Below, in pieces: positions 28,689-39,111 of a DNA stretch of 64,000 bases. The notes below the pieces were generated by a model, which did no database searches, was not told the DNA's origin, and saw nothing but the letters and a program-made list of their open reading frames with translations. The stretch covers positions 1,152,001-1,216,000 of the forward strand of contig OZ245742.1 in NCBI GenBank assembly GCA_965227295.1, in the 5' to 3' direction. Numbering within the stretch: position 1 is the first letter of the stretch; every line of letters begins with the position of its first letter. A program made the translations under genes and the position numbers. The DNA comes from Leptonemataceae bacterium (GTDB lineage Bacteria; Spirochaetota; Leptospiria; Leptospirales; Leptonemataceae).

Positions 28689-30065
28689 CTACTTGCCCAC
28701 GCAGAACACGGAAAAGATTCGGCCGAGGATTTCTTCGTTATCGATGCGGCCGGTAACGGCGCCAGCGTGAAACAAAGCCTCGTCCAGTTCCAGGGCGACC
28801 ACCTCGTCCGGTGCGCCGTGATCCCAGAGCGCCAGGACGCGCCCTAAGGCTTCGCGAACATGAGTTAGGTGATAGCGATGCCGATCTTCGAGCAACAGCG
28901 GGTCCCGGGCCGCACCTTCGTCTGCAAATATGATTTCCCGCAAACGCCGGCGTAGCTCATCGATGCCGGCTCCGGTCTTACACGACACCGCAATGCAGAC
29001 TGCATCTTTCGGCAGGACGGCGGCATAATCAGCCTGCGCATCGCGCACGTCGCTCTTGTTGAAAACGTGAATGATCTGCGGCGTAACGTCCGCAATGTTC
29101 AGGTCCGGTAAATCATACGGTTCGCGTTCGCCGTCAATGACGTGCAGCACGATCTGTGAATTGCGCAGGGCCTGGTGCGAAAGACGCACGCCCTGGGCCT
29201 CGATGACATCGTCACTTTCCCGCAGGCCGGCCGTATCAACGAAGCGCAGCAACACTCCGTCGAGATCGATTTCCTCGCTGACGTAGTCCCGGGTCGTCCC
29301 GGGCACCGGTGAAACAATGCTGCGATCCCAGCCCAGCATGCGATTCAAAAGCGACGACTTGCCCGCGTTGGGTACGCCCGCAAGGGCCACCTGAAAACCG
29401 TGGCGCAAGCGTTCCGTCTCTCGACCGCGTTGCAGCAAGTCGTCGATCTGCGCCATGAGATCTCGCGCCCGAACACGACGTTGCTCCAGGCTTTCGAAAG
29501 TTAGATCCTCCGTGGAGAAGTCCACTTCGGCTTCGGTCTCAGCTTTAAGGTGAATGATGGCCGAACGAAACCGCGACATGTTGCGGCTCAGTTCGCCGTA
29601 GAGATTCTTACGCCCCGCCTCGAGTTCCAGCTCCGTACGCGCCGTGACGATACGATGCACGGCCTCGGCCCGGCTGAGATCCATACGGCCGGAGAGGTAG
29701 GCGCGTTGCGTGAACTCGCCGGGACGCGCCGGTCGGATATCATGGTCGGCGGCGACGATGGCGTTCACGACAGCGCGGAGGATCAACGGATTGCCGTGCA
29801 GGGAAATTTCGGCGACGTCTTCGCCGGTGTAAGAATGCGGCCCGGGAAAAAATACGACCAGGCTCTCGTCGATCAAGCGGTGTTCTTCGAAAAAGCGACA
29901 GTACACCGCGGACCGCGCCCGGTTTTCGAACGCGGGAATAAGATCGTTCTTAATATTTCGGCAATGGCGATTAAGGATCGCCGGCACGGCCGGTCCGGAG
30001 ACACGCACGATACCCACGGCACCCTGACCGGCTGCCGTGGACACCGCGACTATGGTATCTTCCAT
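28689..30065 (-). CDS. mnmE: tRNA modification GTPase MnmE
   Basis: DTIVAVST, SYTGED, GVPNAGKSS, GTTRD, DTAG, FCVGK. Confidence 0.97.
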   Translation of the reverse strand: MEDTIVAVSTAAGQGAVGIVRVSGPAVPAILNRHCRNIKNDLIPAFENRARSAVYCRFFEEHRLIDESLVVFFPGPHSYTGEDVAEISLHGNPLILRAVVNAIVAADHDIRPARPGEFTQRAYLSGRMDLSRAEAVHRIVTARTELELEAGRKNLYGELSRNMSRFRSAIIHLKAETEAEVDFSTEDLTFESLEQRRVRARDLMAQIDDLLQRGRETERLRHGFQVALAGVPNAGKSSLLNRMLGWDRSIVSPVPGTTRDYVSEEIDLDGVLLRFVDTAGLRESDDVIEAQGVRLSHQALRNSQIVLHVIDGEREPYDLPDLNIADVTPQIIHVFNKSDVRDAQADYAAVLPKDAVCIAVSCKTGAGIDELRRRLREIIFADEGAARDPLLLEDRHRYHLTHVREALGRVLALWDHGAPDEVVALELDEALFHAGAVTGRIDNEEILGRIFSVFCVGK

Positions 30066-30083
30066 TTGAAAGGGGTGACGGCG

Positions 30084-30950
30084 TTATTCGCGATCGCCGT
30101 CGAATTCCATGCGACCGGGCATGCCCTGATCGCTGTACTCGAAGTCGTCGTAGTCCTCACGACGATTGCCGTCTACGTCCGGAATCTCTTCTTCTTCGTT
30201 CATGCGAACATTCCCATTCACTTCGCTTTGATCATCGCGTTGTTCTGAACGATCTCTGCGTCCGCGACGCCCGCGACCACCACCGGAACGACCGCCGCCC
30301 CCGGACTTACCGGCGGATTGTTTCATCGGAATGACCCGCACCCGTTTATAGACGCCGTTGCCGTCGGATTCCGTGTACACACGATCGTCACTCTCCAATG
30401 CCAGGTGAATGATGCGACGCTCGTAGGGGTTCATGTAGTTGAGCAAGATGGGGCGGCCGCTTTTCGCGACGCGCTCCGCCATGCGGGAGGCGAGTCGCTT
30501 GAGACTGCGCTCCCGACGCTCGCGGTACTTTTCAACGTCCACCATGATGCGCCGGCCGCTTCGCGTCCGCGTATTCACGATGAGGTTTACGAGAAACTGG
30601 ACCGCGTCGAGGGTACGTCCGTGTTTGCCGATGAGAAAGCCGGACTCTTCGCTGGCCAGTTCAATGTAGAGATTCTCGTCGCGTTCGCCGGTGCTTTCAA
30701 TGTCCGCCTCGACGCCGAGTTTCTGCACAATGCTCAAGAGTACGCCGCGGGCCTGTGCTTCCAGCGGCGTATCGTCGAGGGGATAAGCCCGCAGTACGCT
30801 GGGCTCGCGTTTTACCAGTCGCATGATGCCGCCGCTGCTGCTGAGGTCTTCGATGCGAACCTGGTTTTTTTCGACTCCGAGGGCATTCAGCAGGCGGGTT
30901 TCGACTTCCCCCCGGCTCTTGCCCTCGTCTTCGTAGATGTAAAAGCTCAT
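30084..30950 (-). CDS. jag: Jag/EloR (KhpB) KH-R3H RNA-binding protein
   Basis: LIGKHGRTLDAVQ, MNPYERRIIH; located between yidC and mnmE. Confidence 0.93.
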   Translation of the reverse strand: MSFYIYEDEGKSRGEVETRLLNALGVEKNQVRIEDLSSSGGIMRLVKREPSVLRAYPLDDTPLEAQARGVLLSIVQKLGVEADIESTGERDENLYIELASEESGFLIGKHGRTLDAVQFLVNLIVNTRTRSGRRIMVDVEKYRERRERSLKRLASRMAERVAKSGRPILLNYMNPYERRIIHLALESDDRVYTESDGNGVYKRVRVIPMKQSAGKSGGGGRSGGGRGRRGRRDRSEQRDDQSEVNGNVRMNEEEEIPDVDGNRREDYDDFEYSDQGMPGRMEFDGDRE

Positions 30951-30999
30951 GGAGCTGCTCCTGCTGATATAAAAGTCCTTAAGTTACACCCACCGCGGG

Positions 31000-33009
31000 C
31001 TAAGCCTTCGCCGGTGCCGGGATGTCGTCGTCCTTGCTGAGTTTGTTCGTAGCCACCTGCCAGACGATGCCGATGATGTTCTGAACGGTCCAATACAGCG
31101 TTACCCCGCTGGGCATTTGCCAGAAAATGAAGAGCATCATGATGGGCATGAAGTACATGATCATTTTTTGCTGCGGGTCGGTCACCACCGTTGTGAAGTG
31201 CTGCTGCAAGAGCTGCGACACCACCATGCAGAGCGGCAGAATGTTGAGATCGATGCCGATGTACGGGATCACCGCAATGGTGTCCGGCGCGGACAGGTCG
31301 GTCATCCACAGGATAAACGGCGACTTCCACAGTTCAATGGCTTCCGAGAACGCACTGTAGAGGGCGATGAAAACGGGCATCTGGATCAGGATGGGCAGAC
31401 ACCCCTTCGCCGGATTGATGTTGTGCTTTTTGTACATCTCCAGCATGCGCTTCTGTTTTTCCTGCGGATCGTCGGAGTACTTTTCGTTCAGTTCCTCCAT
31501 CTCCGGACGTAGCGCAGACATCTTCTTCATGGACTTCGCCTGCATCTGGTTTAGAGGCCAGGTGATCAGTTTAAAGCCCACGGCAATGATAATGATCGCC
31601 CAACCGTAGTTCCCGGTGAACGTGTAGACCCAGCGCATGATCACGACGATGCCGTCGCGGATTGCGGAGAAGATCGCCAGAAAGGACGAGGTGTAGATCT
31701 GTCCCCGGGCGTCGCTGTTCGGAGAGTCCACGCCGAATTCCGCGGCGATCAGTTCCGGATTGTGAAACTGGTGGGCTTCGTCGGAACGCACGCCGACGTA
31801 TACCTTGTTGTCGACGATGATGGCGTCTTTGCGATTCTTCTGGAGCTTCGCCACCGGTGCGCGATTCCCCGAATCAGCGGCCGCTAACTTTCCTTCCGGT
31901 GTCGTTAGTTCATCGAGGCCGCCGAGTTCGTCGGAAGTGATCGGCGCCCCGGCCGGATCCAGACGCGGCTTGCGGAAAAACACCGTGAAAGCTTCGCGCC
32001 CGCTCAGGTCTTTCTCGTTTTTGTAGAGCAGGCCGTCCGGAACGTGCAGAGAGTTCGCGCCGTTGTCCAGGAACTCGGTGTACGCAAAAAAGTAGCGGGA
32101 GGTAGCACCGATAAGATCCAGAGTATTCGGAGCATCGTCGTACCAGGTATAGAGGCCCTCGCGGTCCGTTCTGGAACAGCCGAACGGAAAACAGGCCCCG
32201 CCGCCCATCCCACTCGAGTAATTACTGCGATGTTTGATCTCGTCGTTATAATAGAAGAAACGACCGAAGCTGCTCAACGTACGCGCATCATCTACCTCCG
32301 GCATGGGGCCGAGATCGCCAAAGGGTTTGTAGAACATGTCGCCGGGATACACGAACGGCTCGCGTTCCAGGTTCCGCAGCACGGTGATCTGCCGGAAGTA
32401 GTTCTCCTCCGGAAGAAAACGAAACACCTTGATCAACTCCAGGCGATGATTGATGCGCGGTTCCTTGCGATAAAAGCGCACCGGCAATGAAAAGCGCACT
32501 TCGTGAACGCCCGTCGTTTCGTCGTGACTCACCGAATCCAGACGAAATACCGCGTCGTTCAACGGCGGCAGGGCCAGTTGTTCCGGATAGATCCCGTCGG
32601 CGTATGTATGAAACTGAAAGTCCATACCATTGCCGCGCGTAATTTCGATGGCATCGTATTTCTTTGCCAGCGGATCGCCGGTCCCCGCAATGACCGTGTC
32701 CGGAATCTTGAGTTGATCGTGGCTTTCGATGTACATGCCGCTGATGCGGCCGCCTTTCGTATTCAGCTTCGCCACAAAGTAGCCGGTTTCCACCGTTACT
32801 TCTTCGCCGGGGCCGTTTGTGGAAAAAACGAAGTCTCCGAATTTGGCCGGATCGAAATCGGCCGGCCGCGGAGACGGCGGAGGGGTGCGATCCTCGTTCG
32901 GGCTGGTAAAGAATTGCATGCCCAGTATGACGAGGGCTCCAATAATAAAAACGGGCAGGAACGAGGACGCGGGGCCCGGCTGATCTTTCTGTTGGTTTTC
33001 GCTGCTCAT
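31000..33009 (-). CDS. yidC: Membrane protein insertase YidC
   Basis: GNYGWAII, GCLPILIQMPVF, LWMTDLSAPD, PSGVTLYW. Confidence 0.96.
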   Translation of the reverse strand: MSSENQQKDQPGPASSFLPVFIIGALVILGMQFFTSPNEDRTPPPSPRPADFDPAKFGDFVFSTNGPGEEVTVETGYFVAKLNTKGGRISGMYIESHDQLKIPDTVIAGTGDPLAKKYDAIEITRGNGMDFQFHTYADGIYPEQLALPPLNDAVFRLDSVSHDETTGVHEVRFSLPVRFYRKEPRINHRLELIKVFRFLPEENYFRQITVLRNLEREPFVYPGDMFYKPFGDLGPMPEVDDARTLSSFGRFFYYNDEIKHRSNYSSGMGGGACFPFGCSRTDREGLYTWYDDAPNTLDLIGATSRYFFAYTEFLDNGANSLHVPDGLLYKNEKDLSGREAFTVFFRKPRLDPAGAPITSDELGGLDELTTPEGKLAAADSGNRAPVAKLQKNRKDAIIVDNKVYVGVRSDEAHQFHNPELIAAEFGVDSPNSDARGQIYTSSFLAIFSAIRDGIVVIMRWVYTFTGNYGWAIIIIAVGFKLITWPLNQMQAKSMKKMSALRPEMEELNEKYSDDPQEKQKRMLEMYKKHNINPAKGCLPILIQMPVFIALYSAFSEAIELWKSPFILWMTDLSAPDTIAVIPYIGIDLNILPLCMVVSQLLQQHFTTVVTDPQQKMIMYFMPIMMLFIFWQMPSGVTLYWTVQNIIGIVWQVATNKLSKDDDIPAPAKA

Positions 33010-33018
33010 GTCGGGAAA

Positions 33019-33321
33019 CTAGCACTCCTGGTGTGAATGATGACAGGGTTTTGATGCATCCGGAGACACCGGGTCGTGATAACCCCGGGATAGAGGATTG
33101 CATCGAAGGATACGCCACACGGTTTTGCCAAGGGCGGTGAAGAACGGCAGGCGCTCGAAGGCTTCGATGCCGTAGGCCGAACACGTGGGATAAAAACGAC
33201 ACTGCCCGCCGATCAAACGGCCGAGGCTGTGTTGGTACATATGAATAAAAGCGACGGCAACCCGGTTCGCGGGATGCAGGGGGCGGTGGTCCGCGGAGGG
33301 GTTGGTCTCAAGCGAGTTCAT
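33019..33321 (-). CDS. yidD: Membrane protein insertion efficiency factor YidD
   Basis: CRFYPTCSAY, RILRCNP, GYHDP; ATG overlaps rnpA stop. Confidence 0.93.
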   Translation of the reverse strand: MNSLETNPSADHRPLHPANRVAVAFIHMYQHSLGRLIGGQCRFYPTCSAYGIEAFERLPFFTALGKTVWRILRCNPLSRGYHDPVSPDASKPCHHSHQEC

Positions 33322-33683
33322 GGACGATTCCGATCGACTTCGATCAGACCGGCGCGGCGCAGCAGCTTCCGGAGTACCCGGCGGCGTTCTTGCAGAGAAA
33401 GCGTTTCGAATTTCGGTGCGGGGAACACCGCGGCGTGAAACCCTTCTCCGGCGTCGAGGATCAGCGGATCCAGGCTCTCTCGGGTGATGCGGCGCAGGCG
33501 ATTCCGCCGGGCAGCGGTGCCGTGCTTTTTCGAGATGCAAATTGCGAAACGGCCGGGCGATGCTTCCGCGTCGCGAACCAGAAGTGCAATAGTCTCTCCT
33601 CGATGGTACTTTCCATTCGCAAAGAGCCGATCGAAGTTGCGTTTTCCCTTAAGAGTAACTTGCCGATACTGCGCAGTTCCCAA
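33318..33683 (-). CDS. rnpA: Ribonuclease P protein component
   Basis: ISKKHGTAARRNRLRR; operon position. Confidence 0.9.
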   Translation of the reverse strand: MGTAQYRQVTLKGKRNFDRLFANGKYHRGETIALLVRDAEASPGRFAICISKKHGTAARRNRLRRITRESLDPLILDAGEGFHAAVFPAPKFETLSLQERRRVLRKLLRRAGLIEVDRNRP

Positions 33684-33688
33684 CCGGT

Positions 33689-33844
33689 CTATTTCTTAAA
33701 CGCCGTGTCCGATACGGACAGGCGATAGCGTCCTTTTTGACGGCGGCTGGCGAGAACTTTGCGTCCGTTCTTCGTTGCCATACGCGCTCGAAAGCCGTGC
33801 TTCCGAATTCTACGCTTGTTATGCGGCTGATAGGTCCGTTTCAT
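33689..33844 (-). CDS. rpmH: 50S ribosomal protein L34 (not in ORF track)
   Basis: Own translation: [51 protein letters not shown]. Confidence 0.97.
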   Translation of the reverse strand: MKRTYQPHNKRRIRKHGFRARMATKNGRKVLASRRQKGRYRLSVSDTAFKK

Positions 33845-34178
33845 GATGGTTGCCTGACTGATAAAAATGGAATGCGTGGGGCAGCGGCGCGCTGATCAGA
33901 ATGGAAGGTCCGGAGACGGGGCGCCTTAATTTGCCGATGTTGCCCTGAATAATCGAAAAACCGAACGAAAATGCCTCTATGATCAGGGCAGGGTTTTGAG
34001 TGAACGACCCCGGGTCAACAGATTTTAGCCCTGGTGCGGCTACACAGGTACGTAGAGCAGCCGACACTTTTTTGGACGGCGGGAAGGTGATTTTTATAAT
34101 TTTCACTTGAATCTGAGTGACCGCGGGAAATTAATCTCGCCACACTAAACACTGGAATCGGCTCGGGGTCGTAACAAT

Positions 34179-35516
34179 TTGGAAGAGGCGTGGCACAAAG
34201 CTCTGAACAAAGCTCTACAGGAACTAAGAAAAGAGTTCCCACCAGGCATGTACGAGCCCCTGCTTCGAGCAGTGCGGCCCCTGGAGCTGCAATCCAACCC
34301 CGGCAACGGGCACGATGGTGCTTCTGAAGAGACGTTCGTCGTCGGTATTAGTGACAGCAGCCTGCTTCCGAGGCTTCCGCAGCACTCGGAAGCCATTCGC
34401 ACACGCTTAAAGTCTCTGATGGGCCGTGACGTGGCCGTTGAGTTTCGCCCGTTCTCTCCTCAGGACGCCTCAAACAACGCGGAACTGCCGCGCTGGCTGA
34501 ATCGCAACCATACCTTCGATCGTTTTCTCAAGAGTAATTCCAACCAGATGGCGGTTATGGCCTGCGAAGCCGTGGTGGCGCAACCGGGTCGCAGCAACCC
34601 GCTCTACCTTCACGGCGACTCCGGTATGGGCAAGACGCACCTGGTGCACGCCCTTTCCGCCGAGCTCCTCCGGCGCCATCCAGGCATTCGCATTTGCTAC
34701 ACCAGCTTTGAGGATCTACGCGACGAGTTTCTCAAGTCCGTATCCAGTAAACAGACCCTGGAGTTCAAAGAAGGATACCGCGGCTACGATGTCCTGGTCA
34801 TCGAGGACATTCAGTACCTGCGTCCCACCAGCGAGAGCTTGCAGGAAGAATTCTTTCACATCTTCAACCACTACTATGAATCCGGCAAACAAATCGTACT
34901 CACGTCGGAACGGCCGGCAGCGGAACTCATGGTGGGCAGTCGACTCATGAGCCGACTTCTTTCCGGTCTGCAGGTGCGCATCGGCACCTCGGAACCGGGC
35001 CTGCGCGAAGCCGTCGTCGACGACCGCAGCCGGGAAATGAACCTCGACCTCTCCGCGGACGTGCGTCAGTATCTCTGTTCCCGTGTAACCACGAGCATTC
35101 GCGAGCTTGAGTCCGCACTGAATAAGATCTATTTCCTCCAGCAGAAGGGTGTTCCTGCCGATTCAGTGAAGAGCGTGCAGGAACATCTTCAGGATTTTAT
35201 TCCGACGAATCAGAATCTGTTTTTCTCCCTCGATCAAATCGTCGAGGTGGTCTGCCGGCGCTACAACATCACCCGCGAACAGATTCTCTCGTCCTCCCGC
35301 AAAGCCGAGTACACCCTCCCCCGGCACATTGCCATGTATCTGGGGATTCAGTACTCGAACCTCAACAAGTCCGCCATTGCGCGCTACTTTCGCAAGAGCG
35401 ACCACACCACGGTCATCAACGCCGAACGCAACATCCAGAAGCGCATCCAGAAAGAGATGGGCTTCGCTCAACTTCTCGAAGAGATTGTGAGTGAGTTGCG
35501 CAAAGACGGTGCATAA
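34179..35516 (+). CDS. dnaA: Chromosomal replication initiator DnaA
   Basis: NPLYLHGDSGMGKTHL, QEEFFHIFN, IRELE, PRHIAMYL, DHTTVI; TTG start. Confidence 0.96.
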   Translation: MEEAWHKALNKALQELRKEFPPGMYEPLLRAVRPLELQSNPGNGHDGASEETFVVGISDSSLLPRLPQHSEAIRTRLKSLMGRDVAVEFRPFSPQDASNNAELPRWLNRNHTFDRFLKSNSNQMAVMACEAVVAQPGRSNPLYLHGDSGMGKTHLVHALSAELLRRHPGIRICYTSFEDLRDEFLKSVSSKQTLEFKEGYRGYDVLVIEDIQYLRPTSESLQEEFFHIFNHYYESGKQIVLTSERPAAELMVGSRLMSRLLSGLQVRIGTSEPGLREAVVDDRSREMNLDLSADVRQYLCSRVTTSIRELESALNKIYFLQQKGVPADSVKSVQEHLQDFIPTNQNLFFSLDQIVEVVCRRYNITREQILSSSRKAEYTLPRHIAMYLGIQYSNLNKSAIARYFRKSDHTTVINAERNIQKRIQKEMGFAQLLEEIVSELRKDGA

Positions 35517-35908
35517 CTTTCCCCTGCTCGGTAAAAAGTCCCCCGGTCACGGTACAACTCTGCGTTTCGAGTGAATATTTTCGCCGTTTCCGCGGGCTGC
35601 GAACGAAAAATGTTGTCAAAAAACGGCTCCAGGGCCGTGAAGATACGGTACAGATGACATAATCTCGTGCGCACCCGGTGCATAGCATGCATCGAAATCC
35701 ACCGGGCCAGGGAACCGGGAAAAAGACGAAAGCTCCGGCGTCGTTCTTTTCCCGCGACCGTTCTTGCGGAAGTGACGGGAATCGCCAATTCCGTAAAGAA
35801 TCGGCGACTTTTTCCCTTATCCACGGGTACATGTACAACAGTACGTACACACATATTCTTTAAATATACAAAGACGAAACGCAGATCGGGAAAACACAGG
35901 ACCATTCA
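35517..35908. other. Probable replication origin oriC (dnaA-dnaN spacer)
   Basis: 392-bp spacer; DnaA box TTATCCACG at 35817-35825, then TAC/AAC triplet-rich tract and AT-rich ATATTCTTTAAATATA before dnaN, resembling the B. subtilis box-trio-DUE layout. Confidence 0.7.
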
Positions 35909-37024
35909 ATGAAATTCAAAGTCGACCGCCAGGAGTTCCACAAGGCCGTTGCTACCGTGGAGAGCATTATCCCCGCCCGGGAGATCCGCTCCATTATCTC
36001 GAATATTCTCATCGAGGCGGACAAGGATCGGGTAACCCTCACGGCCACGGATCTGGAGATGGGCATCAAGACGTCCATCCCGGTGCAAACCGAAGAAAAA
36101 GGAAAGTTAACGCTCCCGGCCAAAAAAATGAGCCAGGCCATCCGCGAGTTTCGCGGTTCGGAGATCCTGTTTCAGTCGGACAGCGAAGACCGCATCACCA
36201 TCCAGGACGCTTCCGGGGTCAGCAAGGCGCGCATTACGCTCATGGGCACGCCCAGCGATGAGTATCCCACCATCCCCACGTTGGACGCCGAGGCTTACAC
36301 ACCTTTCCCGGTATCCGTCGCCATGGAAATGATCCGCAAGACATCGTACTCCATGGCCGAAGAGGACGCCCGTTACGTATTTAACGGTCTCTATTTAATC
36401 AACGAAGGCAACCGCGTTTCGTTTGTGGCCACGGACGGCCGGCGACTCTCGAAAATCACCCGCGAGTTTCCGGCGGCTTTGCCGTTCACGGACGGCGTGA
36501 TTCTACCGAACAAAGCAGTGCGCGAACTTCAGAAGATTCTGGACTCCAGCGAGGAAGGCAAGATCGCTTTCGACGAAAAAGAACGGCGCATATACTTTCA
36601 ACTCGGTGGCGTAAATCTCATCAGCAAGCTGATCGACGGACAGTTTCCGGACTATAAGCAGGTCATTCCCAGGAAACTCGAAAGCAAGATCGATCTCGAA
36701 CGCACCGTTCTGGATAACTCGCTGCGCCAGGTCGCCGTCATGGCCGCGGAACCGTCTCGCCAGGTGCGCCTTACGTTTGCAAAAGATGCACTGAACATTG
36801 CGGCATCTACGCCGGACATCGGCGAGGCCTCGGATACGGTGGGCACGCAGTACTCCGGCGAAGAAATGACCATCGCGTTCAATTCGAACTATCTTATGGA
36901 TGTGCTGAAGATCATCGGCGCCGAGGCGATTCAGATCGGTTTCTCTTCGGCCTCGGCGCCCTCCATGGTGCAGGATCCGGAAGATCCGGACTTCATTGCC
37001 GTCATCATGCCGATGAAAATCTAA
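35909..37024 (+). CDS. dnaN: DNA polymerase III beta clamp
   Basis: ATDLE, ATDGRRL, GQFPDY, IAFNSNYL, IMPMK. Confidence 0.97.
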   Translation: MKFKVDRQEFHKAVATVESIIPAREIRSIISNILIEADKDRVTLTATDLEMGIKTSIPVQTEEKGKLTLPAKKMSQAIREFRGSEILFQSDSEDRITIQDASGVSKARITLMGTPSDEYPTIPTLDAEAYTPFPVSVAMEMIRKTSYSMAEEDARYVFNGLYLINEGNRVSFVATDGRRLSKITREFPAALPFTDGVILPNKAVRELQKILDSSEEGKIAFDEKERRIYFQLGGVNLISKLIDGQFPDYKQVIPRKLESKIDLERTVLDNSLRQVAVMAAEPSRQVRLTFAKDALNIAASTPDIGEASDTVGTQYSGEEMTIAFNSNYLMDVLKIIGAEAIQIGFSSASAPSMVQDPEDPDFIAVIMPMKI

Positions 37025-37048
37025 GGCGCGCAGTTTCTCCGGGCATTC

Positions 37049-38179
37049 TTGAAACTCCTTTCGCTTCAGCTTAAGAACTTCCGCACCTATGCAAACCTGG
37101 AACTGGAGTTTCCGTCGCGGCTGTGTTTTCTCACGGGTGCAAACGCAAACGGCAAAACCAACGTCATCGAGGCCATTGGTCTTTTATCCATTGGAAAATC
37201 CTTTCGTGGTGCGAGCGACGAGGACATGGTTCGCGACGGCGAACAGGGCTACTACATCGAGGGCAAGTTCGAGAAAGACGGGCAGCTTTTTGAACTGAGC
37301 TTCGGTCTGGATCTTTCCGGCGGGCGCGGCAAAGCCCGGCGGCGTATCAAACTTAACGGCAAACAACTCCCCGGACGATCCGCACTCATCGGTCATATCG
37401 TCAGTGTCATCTTCAGTCCCCAGGACATTCTCATTGCCGAGGGCGGGCCCTCGTACCGCCGACGTTTCCTGGACCTGGTGCTATCATACCAAAACCCGGC
37501 CTACTTCAAACAACTGCTCGCCTTCAATCGTGCGCTGAGACAGCGCAATGCCCTGTTAAAAAAGATCAAGGGCGGCAAGGCCCGCATGGCCGACGTGGAT
37601 CCCTGGAACGGGCCGTTAATCGAACACGGTGGTCACATCACCAGGGCGCGGCGGGACTTTGTGCTGGAGTTTGAATCAATCTTTCACGACTCGTTGCAGC
37701 GCATCTCCGGAAATCGCGATACGTTGAACATGCGGCTCGTCTATTCCGCCGATGGTGAGGGGCAGGACTACGGCGCCGCTCTGAAACGCTACGCCGTGCG
37801 TGACTCGGCTCTTGGATACACGGGCGTCGGCCCGCATCGTCAGAACCTGCTTTTCGAACGTGACGGCCAGGACATCCTGCGCTTCGGCAGTCAGGGACAA
37901 CGTCGGAGTCTGGTGCTGGCGTTACGGATTGCGCAGTTCTGGTTTCTCAAGAAGAGCCTGCGACTTTCGCCGCTGCTTTTAATCGACGACGTGATTCGGG
38001 AGCTGGACGCACGCCGCCGCGGCGCCTTTGTGCAATTGTTGGAAGAATGCGGCCAGGCCGTGTTTACGACACCGGACCTGGACGGCCTCGATTCGGCTCC
38101 GGGCGGCCTGCAGGAAAATTTACGCCGGGACATGACCGTCTATCATGTGGCGGAAATCGGCCGCATGGAACGGCGCTGA
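37049..38179 (+). CDS. recF: DNA repair protein RecF
   Basis: NFRTY, GANANGKTN, GPHR, SQGQRR, LLIDD. Confidence 0.96.
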   Translation: MKLLSLQLKNFRTYANLELEFPSRLCFLTGANANGKTNVIEAIGLLSIGKSFRGASDEDMVRDGEQGYYIEGKFEKDGQLFELSFGLDLSGGRGKARRRIKLNGKQLPGRSALIGHIVSVIFSPQDILIAEGGPSYRRRFLDLVLSYQNPAYFKQLLAFNRALRQRNALLKKIKGGKARMADVDPWNGPLIEHGGHITRARRDFVLEFESIFHDSLQRISGNRDTLNMRLVYSADGEGQDYGAALKRYAVRDSALGYTGVGPHRQNLLFERDGQDILRFGSQGQRRSLVLALRIAQFWFLKKSLRLSPLLLIDDVIRELDARRRGAFVQLLEECGQAVFTTPDLDGLDSAPGGLQENLRRDMTVYHVAEIGRMERR

Positions 38180-38231
38180 CGAAAAATCGTTTATGTCTTG
38201 TAAATCGTCGCCGGGGCGGTACACTGAACCC

Positions 38232-38711
38232 ATGCCCCCGGCCGATACTCATAACAGCAACTCGCGCGCGGATGCAACGCCGGACGGCTCTTTTGAGAGC
38301 GAGGTGGTGCGCGCCGTGTTCGGTGAGCGCGCCGATGATTTGCGTGCAACCCGGTTGTTGGTGAAGTGCCAGTCGTTCTGGCCGGACATTGCCGGCGGCT
38401 TCAGCAAACACAGTCGTCCGTATCGAGTTCATCGGGACGAGCTGTTTGTGCGCGTGGAGCACTCGACCTATGCTCAGGATCTTCAGCTCATGAGCACGGA
38501 GATTCTGAAGCGCATCCGTCGATTGACCGGCGGCGAGCTGCGTCGGCTGGTGGTGAAGCAGGGACGCATCGATTGGACGGAAGATGCGTCGACGATGCTG
38601 CCGGAAGATCGGCCGACGGATGCATACGGCAAACGTAAGCCGGAAGATTTGAACGAGGGCCAGAGAGAACTCCTGGACGGCCTGAATCGAATCGTCGGTA
38701 AGCAAGATTGA
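38232..38711 (+). CDS. DciA/DUF721 family protein
   Basis: W.DIAG..SKHSRP, LFVRVEHSTYAQDL; follows recF; start uncertain. Confidence 0.75.
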   Translation: MPPADTHNSNSRADATPDGSFESEVVRAVFGERADDLRATRLLVKCQSFWPDIAGGFSKHSRPYRVHRDELFVRVEHSTYAQDLQLMSTEILKRIRRLTGGELRRLVVKQGRIDWTEDASTMLPEDRPTDAYGKRKPEDLNEGQRELLDGLNRIVGKQD

Positions 38712-38748
38712 ACTAACGTTAACAACACGTTCGGAGTCGCGATCTCCC

Positions 38749-39111
38749 ATGATGAGTTTTCTGGCAGTAATCGGATTGATCGCGGCCGTGATCATTTTTT
38801 TGAACCTCCTGCAGGCCAAGGATGCCGTGGAGCGGGTCGGCAAGGACGAGGCGCCCCGCATTGATCTCGACTCCGCTGAGGCGGCCGAGGTCAAACGTGA
38901 TCTCAAAGATCGCGCGCGCATGCGTCGCATCTGCCCGGTCTGTCGCACGGGTCTCACGCAAGAAGAATATCTCATTTGCGCCCTGGAAGAACGCGGAGAG
39001 CGTACGCCGGGAAAAAAACGCCAGGTCCAGATCTACGGATGCGTGCATTGCTTTGCCACCGACGGCGTGAACATGAAGCGCTACGAGAAGATCAAAGACA
39101 TCGATGTTTAG
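38749..39111 (+). CDS. Hypothetical membrane-anchored zinc-ribbon protein
   Basis: N-terminal TM, CPVC and GCVHC. Confidence 0.65.
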   Translation: MMSFLAVIGLIAAVIIFLNLLQAKDAVERVGKDEAPRIDLDSAEAAEVKRDLKDRARMRRICPVCRTGLTQEEYLICALEERGERTPGKKRQVQIYGCVHCFATDGVNMKRYEKIKDIDV

